A stretch of 63,994 nt of DNA, the filler included, from Candidatus Zhuqueibacterota bacterium (GTDB lineage Bacteria; BS750m-G25): NCBI GenBank assembly GCA_016783505.1. It is 3 parts of 3 records of this genome, joined end to end, with 100 filler letters (N's around TTAATTAATTAA, not from the genome) between each part and the next. Parts side by side here need not be neighbours in the genome. Positions count along the whole stretch, not along the records: positions 1 to 23,676 come from JADHWK010000036.1; 2 more parts are not named here. One strand, given 5' to 3'. Position 1 is the stretch's first letter, and each line of letters opens with the position of its first letter. Shown in pieces: positions 1 through 7,735 of the stretch. Both the position numbers and the translations under genes were made by a program. Below the pieces are notes generated by a model that worked only from the letters and a program-made list of their open reading frames with translations, was not told where the DNA came from and made no database searches.

Positions 1-96
1 TGTTAAATAACCAGCATATCCCATCCGTCGTCAGCGATCTGATCTACCATTTCTAACTTGTTTCAAATAACGTTATCTGTTGATCTATTTAACAGG
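1..96. repeat. Palindromic element (tgttaaata ... tatttaacagg) interrupting a four-helix-bundle gene; left end cut by the window edge
   Basis: TGTTAAATA at 1-9 is the reverse complement of TATTTAACA at 86-94; a related ccccgttgagta...tactccacgggg palindrome lies at about 1213-1244. Confidence 0.55.
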
Positions 97-156
97 GCTG
101 GCTAACTTATAAACTTCAAGATCTTCAAAAGAACGAATAACTTTATTATCACCCAT
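97..156 (-). pseudogene. N-terminal relic of a four-helix-bundle (23S-IVP/bAvd-like) protein
   Basis: Hand translation from ATG 156: MGDNKVIRSFEDLEVYKLA, matching the family SF(E/K)DLxVY(K/Q)xA start; it then runs into the palindrome and a stop. Confidence 0.7.
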
Positions 157-175
157 TTTCAGAATTTTTTTCTTT

Positions 176-210
176 TAATGACTTAATAACCTAATGACTA
201 AATGACTAAA
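176..210. repeat. Degenerate 8-9-mer tandem array (taatgactt/taataacct)
   Basis: Same array at 2062-2096; reverse-complement array at 4519-4567; both orientations at 22163-22249. Confidence 0.8.
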
Positions 211-256
211 TCAGGATGATTTTTTTGTGTTTCATTTTGGGGCTATTTATTTATAC

Positions 257-286
257 GGTAATCGTAGCCAGTTTTTCCGTCAGGCG
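257..286 (+). repeat. 30-nt exact direct repeat, copy 1 (copy 2 at 1158-1187)
   Basis: ggtaatcgtagccagtttttccgtcaggcg occurs identically at both positions. Confidence 0.9.
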
Positions 287-344
287 TCAGTCAGGTTAGT
301 CAGTTCCGTCAGGCGCCGGACTGATTCGCGGCCTTTTTAACCCT

Positions 345-567
345 TTACAGTATTTTGTCAAAGAAATTCTCAATATCAGATCGGAATGCTTTGAAAACTG
401 TGTCAATATTCATGGAGAAAAGAGCCAATTGCAGCTTTATCCCTATGAGTAGGAATTGAGGTACCAATTTCCTTCAAAGCGACCTGTATTTCCTGAACAA
501 TAACATCCAGATCGGAAAGGTCCGATTCGATCTCCACCTTTAGCAGTGAAATGTCATTTCGCTTCAT
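345..567 (-). pseudogene. HepT-like HEPN toxin with an internal deletion
   Basis: ATG 567 overlaps the MNT stop. MKRNDISLLKVEIESDL...RDKAAIGSFLH stops at 403; a shifted frame gives NIDTVFKAFRSDIENFFDKIL* ending at 345. The central RxxxxH region is missing. Confidence 0.65.
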
Positions 568-877
568 AAAGCAGCATACCTTCTTTCACTATTCGTTTTC
601 GTAAAGTTTTCTTAACTTCCTTTAAGTCTACAAGGTCTACCCTTTTTCCCATCGTTGATAATAGTCTACCAAGAACCTTGAAGAATCTATCAGGTGATAT
701 GCCTTCACAGGCCAAGTCAATATCAGAAAGTCGATGGTGCCTCCCAGCAACTAATGACCCGAATAGAAACACCCTTTTCACCCCGTATTCCTTTAAGACA
801 TTCACCGCGTCCTGCACTTCACTGCGGTCTGAATCCGTAAGTTGATTCTGGATTTCCATATTTTTCAAGCCGTTCAT
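554..877 (-). CDS. Minimal nucleotidyltransferase (MNT/MntA-type antitoxin)
   Basis: FLFGS-x10-DID motif, VDLV strand, about 100 aa; start may be the second Met. Confidence 0.85.
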   Translation of the reverse strand: MNGLKNMEIQNQLTDSDRSEVQDAVNVLKEYGVKRVFLFGSLVAGRHHRLSDIDLACEGISPDRFFKVLGRLLSTMGKRVDLVDLKEVKKTLRKRIVKEGMLLYEAK

Positions 878-915
878 ACGCTAATCATTACTTAATAACT
901 TATTGACTTTATTGC

Positions 916-1137
916 TTAAAATACCACTTTGCACCAGGACATGCGGGAGTTGGTGCTGGTGGGGGAAAATTCAATTCTATTCCAGTCGCCGTGGGAGAGA
1001 GGATTGTTAATTGCTGATTGTCCCGAATGCTCGGGACTGACAGCTGAATCCATGATCCGTGATCCGGGATGAAATTGTGAGTTGAAAAATAATAAGAAAA
1101 GGCAACTAGAAAATAGGTATATTTTTTTGTTCTTCAT
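916..1137 (-). pseudogene. Relic of a secreted protein (signal peptide joined to a beta-helix-like fragment)
   Basis: MKNKKIYLFSSCLFLLFF signal-like start, a repeat-derived middle (gtcccgaatgctcgggac at 1020-1037), then GDWNRIEF...SRMSWCKV. Confidence 0.4.
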
Positions 1138-1329
1138 TTGTATCTGTTCAATCAGATGGTAATCGTAGCCAGTTTTTCCGTCAGGCGCCGGATTGATCGG
1201 TTACGCTGCCCGCCCCGTTGAGTAGTAAAACTTACTCCACGGGGCCCGTATCGGCTTTCGGTGTTCGACAAAACCGGGCAATAAACGACTATGGTGGACT
1301 GTTACAAAATTAATTATAGGTGTTGTGAT

Positions 1330-1683
1330 TTACCACTCTAATAATCCCAAGATCCTCAATAGCTTTAGGTTTATTTGGTTCATTATATCATGGCTTACGA
1401 CGCCAAGCCTCTTAACTAACGACGCTTTTGTAATCGCTGTCAATGCGCCTAGCATGACCTTGGAGTCTTCTTTCAGTCCTCCAACTCCCTTTGGTAAGAG
1501 AACATCTTGCTGGTAGATAGCCTTTAATTTTTTAGTAGTAATGGGTGCTATTAAAACGAAAGGATAGTATTTATTTTCATTATCATCATCGCACTGTAAT
1601 ACTATAACCAGACGTGCCTTATTCTTCACCTCATGCGGGAACGAGAAGGTCGCTAAATATGTCTCCCCTCTTTTAATCCTCAT
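1330..1683 (-). CDS. MazF/PemK family endoribonuclease toxin
   Basis: KRGETY start, KxRxVIVLQxD, IAPITT, GGLKEDSKV, RLGxV; 117 aa. Confidence 0.85.
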   Translation of the reverse strand: MRIKRGETYLATFSFPHEVKNKARLVIVLQCDDDNENKYYPFVLIAPITTKKLKAIYQQDVLLPKGVGGLKEDSKVMLGALTAITKASLVKRLGVVSHDIMNQINLKLLRILGLLEW

Positions 1684-1954
1684 CGTCTAAGCCTAAAGTT
1701 TTGGCAACTTCTTCCTGTGCAGACATCAGCTCCGGGTAAACCTCGGTTAGTTCCTTTCCGTATTCTCGATCAGCCTTGCGACCGAAGTCGAAACCTTTGG
1801 CTATCTTCTGATAATAATTTATAATGTTTTGTACTACCTTCTTCTCCATATCCTGCAAGAATACGATTACCACCTCTGATTCTGCTACATTTAACCTTTC
1901 ATGGGGCACAGCCACCCCATTTCTATAAAAACCCTTTACCGCCAGAATAGCCAT
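1673..1954 (-). CDS. Putative antitoxin (AF2212/DUF104-like N-terminus)
   Basis: AVKGFYRNGVAVP...VVIVF start; lies upstream of and overlaps the toxin. Confidence 0.6.
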   Translation of the reverse strand: MAILAVKGFYRNGVAVPHERLNVAESEVVIVFLQDMEKKVVQNIINYYQKIAKGFDFGRKADREYGKELTEVYPELMSAQEEVAKTLGLDDED

Positions 1955-2136
1955 TTAATTTCACCCCCTCTCCACGCATTTCTGCTTTCGTTTGCTTTCA
2001 ATTATCAATTTACAAAAATCAGTAGTAAACGTCAAGAGAATTTTCCTCATATTTATGTTTTTAATAACTTAATAACCTAATAACTAAATGACTAAAATCA
2101 CACCAATGAGCGTTCCGGATCGAAAAAGCTGGTCTG

Positions 2137-2841
2137 CTATTCGATATCCACCATCCCGTAACCTTTCATTTCTTCTTCGCTCAAGCCCACATTGGATGTA
2201 AAATTTATCCAGTTCAAACTGTCCCCCACCGCAATCAGGGTTCCTCTTACCTTCAGTTTATAAAATCCATCCCCGGACGGGTCTGTCGAAAACCTAATTA
2301 CCGCCCCCGGTTCTATGGTCAAGGTTACAGCTTCGGGAACTTCAACATCGCTGGTAACAATATAATGACGTCCAGACTCCCAGGTAGTATTTTCAGTTAA
2401 AGTACCACTTACTTGCCTCTCAGCTAACAAATTTACGGTTTGCAGTTCATAGTTGTTAGTTGATAGTGAAAGGTAGAAAATATAGTGGTAGCCAAAGCCG
2501 GATTTTTCGCAAACAACGATATAATCATTATAGGGAATATTTTCAAGTGAAAAGTTTCCGTTCTGCTCAGTAGTGGTCTCATATTCGGGGTAATGTGACC
2601 GATGATCGAATTCTGTTCGTTGAGAAATAATAACCCCGATGTTGGGGTATTCTTGATTTATGGCAACCATATCCGGATCGAGTCCAATGTGTTCGTAAAG
2701 GGAAATGGTAATTCCAGAATGGTTAGACATTTCTTCTAAGGTTACCTTTCCAGAAATGGTGCCTTCGTCGGTATCTGTATTGAATAATTTGGTACAGTTA
2801 AGAAATAGAATGAAGGTAAATGATATTAGAATTTTTCGCAT
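2137..2841 (-). CDS. Probable lipoprotein with a carboxypeptidase-regulatory-like domain and the start of a beta-helix; probably C-terminally truncated
   Basis: Signal peptide ending FLNC; GTISGKV...NGNFSLENIP; VSGTLTENTTW...TLTIEPGAVIRF; ends abruptly after FTS. Confidence 0.55.
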   Translation of the reverse strand: MRKILISFTFILFLNCTKLFNTDTDEGTISGKVTLEEMSNHSGITISLYEHIGLDPDMVAINQEYPNIGVIISQRTEFDHRSHYPEYETTTEQNGNFSLENIPYNDYIVVCEKSGFGYHYIFYLSLSTNNYELQTVNLLAERQVSGTLTENTTWESGRHYIVTSDVEVPEAVTLTIEPGAVIRFSTDPSGDGFYKLKVRGTLIAVGDSLNWINFTSNVGLSEEEMKGYGMVDIE

Positions 2842-3207
2842 TGATAAATAGGGTTAAAAGGGCTTGACAAGGTATCACAAGGCTTAACAGGGCTCGATAG
2901 GTCAATCCGCCTCAGGCGGACTCAATAAGGCAGAAAGGGCTCTGGTTTTTATTGTTAAGCCTTCTTTAGCCTTTTTTCAACTTTGTAGCCTTTTTTACCC
3001 ACTTCTTTTTTCTTGTTTTCCAATGAAAACCGTAGTCTATCAAACATATACATTGTTTGCATTGATAATTTATAAAAAATATGGCAGAATGCCGTCACTC
3101 GTGAGTAGCGGATGAGTGCCATCCGCTACGGGGGTTGTAGGGGACAGTGCCCCCTGCCCTGGGGTTTCCAAAGGGGATTTGTTTCCCTTTGGCCAACTGC
3201 ATATCAA

Positions 3208-3633
3208 TCAGGAATTGGCTTTTGTGTCACCTTGTGCTTCGATCAAATTATTTATAACAGTGCCAATTGCATCAATATATCCGGGTACAATAGAACTATA
3301 AATTTCATTAGCAACTTCATCGTTGTAAATATGTACAATATCATTCCTCTTTCGAACCATTTGTACAAAGGTGAGTTCAAGATTTTCAGGAATTAACCCA
3401 ACCTGAAATGCAAGTTTAAAACAATCCATCGGAGAAAAGCATTCCAACCCTTTTTCCTCAAGCAAGAATAATTTTATCGTTTTCCACATAACTTCATAAG
3501 TGTATTCAAACCGTTTGGCAGATAACTCGACATTATTGATATGGTCGAAATGAAATTCTTTACATTCCTTTAACCTACTATATGCCTTTAGAAGATCGCT
3601 GACTTTTTTCTTTAATATTTCACTGTATGCCAT
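3208..3633 (-). CDS. HEPN toxin (HI0074 / nucleotidyltransferase substrate-binding family)
   Basis: KRFEYTYEVMWK, SPxDCFKLAF, RNDIVHIY (Rx4HxY). Confidence 0.85.
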   Translation of the reverse strand: MAYSEILKKKVSDLLKAYSRLKECKEFHFDHINNVELSAKRFEYTYEVMWKTIKLFLLEEKGLECFSPMDCFKLAFQVGLIPENLELTFVQMVRKRNDIVHIYNDEVANEIYSSIVPGYIDAIGTVINNLIEAQGDTKANS

Positions 3634-3953
3634 AATTCAACCTTTTTCATAGCTATTTTTTTGAATTTATCATCAATGCGTGAAAAATCTACTAAATCAA
3701 TCTTTCTTAATGTATCCACTTCATAGTTTAGCCGTTCAACGAGTGATAGAAAGTTTTTGTCTTCAATTCCTGTATCATTAATAAGGCCAATATCAATATC
3801 CGAAAGACGTGATTTCTTTTCGCTAACCTGTGACCCAAATAGCAAAACGGTTGTTTCTTCTGGTGAAAGAACGCTGAATATTATATCCAGTATTTGTTTC
3901 TGAAGCATTGTTTTTATATAACGTGAAGGATTCATCCCAAAACCCCCTATCAT
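3612..3953 (-). CDS. Minimal nucleotidyltransferase antitoxin
   Basis: LFGS-x10-DID, KIDLVD; overlaps the HEPN start; true start probably a downstream Met. Confidence 0.85.
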   Translation of the reverse strand: MIGGFGMNPSRYIKTMLQKQILDIIFSVLSPEETTVLLFGSQVSEKKSRLSDIDIGLINDTGIEDKNFLSLVERLNYEVDTLRKIDLVDFSRIDDKFKKIAMKKVELWHTVKY

Positions 3954-4300
3954 TAAAAAACAAAATGCAAATGCGCATAAAGGATGTTCGAATTCCTATT
4001 CGAAATTCCTTCGTCATATTGAACCCCTTGGTAGTCCAAAACCAATTCTACATCTTTACTTATCCAATATCCTATCCCTATAATTTCCCTCAGGTGGGAA
4101 TCATTTTCTGTCTTTGTATCAGGATCAAACCAGTCCATTCTGCCAATGATAGTCCACTTAGAAGTAAGTTTGAAAACACTGAAGAAAGAATAGCCTAAAA
4201 ATTTGGTCTCTTGGCTGCCTATTTTATCATTCCCAGCCGAGAGCTCCGCACCAAGAGTTAATCGGTTGGATTCAAAGGTGGCAAAGCCCGTCCTCTCCGG
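3953..4300 (-). pseudogene. 5'-truncated outer-membrane porin (beta-barrel) fragment
   Basis: Frame open from about 4300 with no start codon there: GFATFESNRLTLGAE...GYSFFSVFKLTSKWTIIGRMDWFDP...ILYAHLHFVF*; alternating aromatic strands and a terminal Phe. Confidence 0.6.
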
Positions 4301-4638
4301 CTATTGCTTTAGCGTTTTTCATCATTAACAAATGCCCTCTATGAACAATATCTAACACGTAATACGATTAGACTACCTTCATCTTGTCCTCCTATCATAT
4401 TTTCTCTTAATTCTGAATGCCAGCACTATCAATCTCTGCTTCCTCAAAAGTAATATATTTTACAAATAATATAGGATATTCATAAAAATCATTTTCATCC
4501 CAGATCATTTCAAAATATTTAGTAATTAAGTAATTAAGTTATTGAGTCATTAAGTCGTTGGGTTATTCTCCGCACCGCTTAACTCCGCAACGGTTATTGA
4601 GTCATTTTTTGCGCCCCAATAATTAGAAATCTCACTCA

Positions 4639-4929
4639 TTACCCCTTTCTTAACCGCTGTCGTGCCTGTTTATAAATGTTCTCCCTCGTCCCAATGATCG
4701 TCACAGTGATAACTTCATTTTCAACGAAATAAACTATGCGATATTCAGGTTTGCGCCCGAAACGATAACAATGTTCGCCTCTTAGAGCCCCTTGCAAAGG
4801 TTTTCCAACTTCGAAGGGCTTCTCCTGAATCTTAGGGAGATATATAAACATAATTTTCTTCCGTATCTTCGGTGGTAACCTCTTCAAATCGCGTCTTGCC
4901 GCGGGTGACAGCTCAAGTGCAAAATCCAT
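4639..4929 (-). CDS. RelE/ParE family toxin
   Basis: LSPAARRDLKRL, GKPLQGAL, YRIVY, IGTRENIY. Confidence 0.85.
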   Translation of the reverse strand: MDFALELSPAARRDLKRLPPKIRKKIMFIYLPKIQEKPFEVGKPLQGALRGEHCYRFGRKPEYRIVYFVENEVITVTIIGTRENIYKQARQRLRKG

Positions 4930-4935
4930 AGGCTG

Positions 4936-5154
4936 TTATCCGACAAATTCCTTTTGGACCTCTTCAAGTGTATAGAATTTCTCCCCTTTTTCCCTAGCCT
5001 TTAAAGCCTCTTCGGTTCGTCCATTGACATAGGCTATAAATTCAGGGGATTCGCGAACGGAAAGGAATTCTACGAACAGCAACACTTCACGAAGATGATC
5101 CGGCGGCAGATTTTCAAGCTTTTCTGCAATTTTTCCCTTTAAGGCGACTGCCAT
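4936..5154 (-). CDS. Putative antitoxin (DUF2281-like)
   Basis: LENLPPDHLREVLLFVEFL; immediately upstream of relE. Confidence 0.65.
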   Translation of the reverse strand: MAVALKGKIAEKLENLPPDHLREVLLFVEFLSVRESPEFIAYVNGRTEEALKAREKGEKFYTLEEVQKEFVG

Positions 5155-5307
5155 GACTAACCTCCTATTTCGAATTTCTGTGTAACTTTATCGCATCTTT
5201 ATACTCTTAGACACCAAACTCGCCTTTCGCTATACGATCTACGCTTTACGCAGTTCCCCACTCCACAAATACACAGAGGATTTTTAGGATCATTCCCTTT
5301 CATTCCC

Positions 5308-5567
5308 ATCAGTCGGGCGGGCCTGTTGCAGAACTTCGATTCAAGCTTCTATTCCACCTAGGAAGATTTGAAACCAAGTTTTTTGAAAAAGTTGGTTTCT
5401 TGGCTATAAACCCCGAAGTTTCGGGGTAACTCCAATAAAAACAATTCTCGGAGTTACCCGTTTACGGGTTTATTTAACAACCACCCGGCCAGGGAGGATC
5501 CGCAACGTCGGAATTGAGTCTATTTTTGTAATGTTTGCCAGTAGTGCCACAGGCCCGCTCGACTGAT
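5308..5567. mobile_element. MITE-like element with terminal inverted repeats
   Basis: atcagtcgggcgggcctgttgc at 5308 versus gccacaggcccgctcgactgat at 5546-5567; no ORF inside; relatives at 26074-26293 and 34166-34383, a lone end at 7707-7731. Confidence 0.65.
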
Positions 5568-6218
5568 TTAAAGTCTCTTCAGACTTTTCAACCCTTTACA
5601 TTATATGGAAAAATTATCTTTATATAATATGCAAAAAATAGTTTGGAAAGTCAATAAAAAATTTGATTTTTAGAAGAAAAAGTTGGATGTGAAACTTGAC
5701 CTAATATATCAAAGCTGAAGCAAGTAAAGTGTGCTCAATAGCATAAAAAATGCATCAGCTTAATTTCAAGGCCAAACTTCACACGGCCATTATTCATAAA
5801 TAGACTTGCAAGTATTGAATTGGCACTGGCGAAAAAAAACCCATAGTCTCAACTACGGATTTTGAATTTTTTCACCTGTTATTAGACCACAGATTATCCC
5901 GATAGTGATCCCTTACGGGACACGGATTTATACAGATTTTTATACTGGGCTTATCCCAGCTCGATGGAATTAATCCTTGGGTTTCGGGATTCTAAAAGGC
6001 TAACGCTCCGATGGAGTCCTATACTTCGGACTCATACGGAGTTATCGGACCTTAACTCCAACAATTTCAAAATCGTGGAGTTAATCTGTAAAGATTTTCT
6101 TATATAGCTCAGAACAATAGAATCAATGCAACTATCCATTTATCCAACTATCCAAGAATAAATAATTTACATATTTTCATTTTCCTTTGTCCCGAATACT
6201 CGGGATGGAGGTTTCATT

Positions 6219-7517
6219 TTATCTGCCCATTCCCGTATATCGGAATCCCATTCTTCTAAGCTTTTCTGGTTCATAGATGTTTCTAAGATCAATAATATTT
6301 GGTTCCTTCAGTAGGGACTTTATCCGGTCCAGGTCCAAACTGCGGAACGGATTCCATTCCGTAACCAGAACCAGGGCATCCGCCCCTTGAACTACTCCGT
6401 AGGCATCGGTGGTATAAGTAATTCCACCCAGAACTTTTTTAGCCGCCTCTACGGCTACCGGGTCGTATGCTTTTATTTTTGCCCCCTTTTCCAGCAGCTT
6501 TTGGATGATGTAAATGGAGGGGGCATCCCGGACATCATCTGTGTTGGGTTTAAAAGAAAGGCCCAAAATTCCTATGGTCTTCCCTCGGACCCCATTCAGG
6601 AAGGAAACGATCTTTTCCACAGCCATATCTTTCTGTCTCCGGTTAACCCCCAGGACGGCCTCAGTGATCTTTAATTGAAGATTGACCTCCTTGGCAATAT
6701 GGCTGAGGGCGCTGACGTCTTTGGGAAAGCAAGATCCCCCAAAACCGGGCCCGGGATGGAGGAACTTGGGGCTGATGCGACCATCCAGCCCCATGGCCTT
6801 GGCCACCAAATGAACGTCGGCGCCAAACCTTTCGCAGAGGAGGGCTATTTCGTTGATGAAGGAGATTTTCGTGGCTAAGAAGGTATTGGAGGCGTATTTG
6901 ATCAGCTCAGCCGTTTCCAGATTGCCGATAACAAAGGGGGTTTCGATGAGATATAGGGGATGATAAAGTTCCTTCATGACCTGGATGGCCTTTTCGCTGT
7001 CGGCCCCGATGACTACCCGGTCGGGTCTCATAAAATCGTTAATGGATGACCCCTCCCGCAGGAATTCGGGATTGGAAACAATGTCAAAATCTATGGGTTT
7101 CCCCTGATTTTTTTTAATGATTTCTTTCACCTTTTTAGCCGTTCCCACGGTAACCGTGCTTTTGTTCACCACCACTTTATACTCATTCATCCATCGCCCC
7201 ACATCCCTGGCCACGGCGTAAAGTTGGCTTAAATCAGCCGATCCGTCGGCGTTGGCCGGAGTGCCCACGGCGATGAAGATAACCTTTGATTCTTCAACAG
7301 CCGTCCTTAAATCAGTGGTAAACTTTAGCCGATTCGCTTTCACATTTTTCGATACCAGTTCTTCCAACCCGGATTCATAAATGGGAATAACCCCGTGGTT
7401 CAGTTTGTCAATCTTCTCTTTATCAATGTCCACACAGATGACCAGATTACCAAATTCAGCAAAGCACGCCCCGGTTACCAACCCCACATACCCTGTTCCT
7501 ACCATGCATATATTCAT
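6219..7517 (-). CDS. ugd: UDP-glucose 6-dehydrogenase
   Basis: GTGYVG, NKSTV, SNPEFLREG, GFGGSCFPKD, FKPNTDDVR. Confidence 0.95.
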   Translation of the reverse strand: MNICMVGTGYVGLVTGACFAEFGNLVICVDIDKEKIDKLNHGVIPIYESGLEELVSKNVKANRLKFTTDLRTAVEESKVIFIAVGTPANADGSADLSQLYAVARDVGRWMNEYKVVVNKSTVTVGTAKKVKEIIKKNQGKPIDFDIVSNPEFLREGSSINDFMRPDRVVIGADSEKAIQVMKELYHPLYLIETPFVIGNLETAELIKYASNTFLATKISFINEIALLCERFGADVHLVAKAMGLDGRISPKFLHPGPGFGGSCFPKDVSALSHIAKEVNLQLKITEAVLGVNRRQKDMAVEKIVSFLNGVRGKTIGILGLSFKPNTDDVRDAPSIYIIQKLLEKGAKIKAYDPVAVEAAKKVLGGITYTTDAYGVVQGADALVLVTEWNPFRSLDLDRIKSLLKEPNIIDLRNIYEPEKLRRMGFRYTGMGR

Positions 7518-7735
7518 AGTCAGTAGCTCCCAATGACACTTAATATTTAAATTGCCAAAATTGCCTTAAGTTCAAAAATTGCCAAAATTATCCAAGTTTC
7601 GGCATTTTTTGAATTTTTTGAAATTTAGGCTGTTATAAGGATTAATGTTGACCCCGAAGTCTCGTGGTCACTCCAAGAGACGGGCATAGAAGCTTAAGAT
7701 ATAGGGTCTGCAACAGACCCGCCTAACTGATTTCT

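Noticed and set aside
176-4567. Repeat arrays as a CRISPR locus
   Set aside because: Units are 7-10 nt and adjacent, with no unique spacers and no cas genes.
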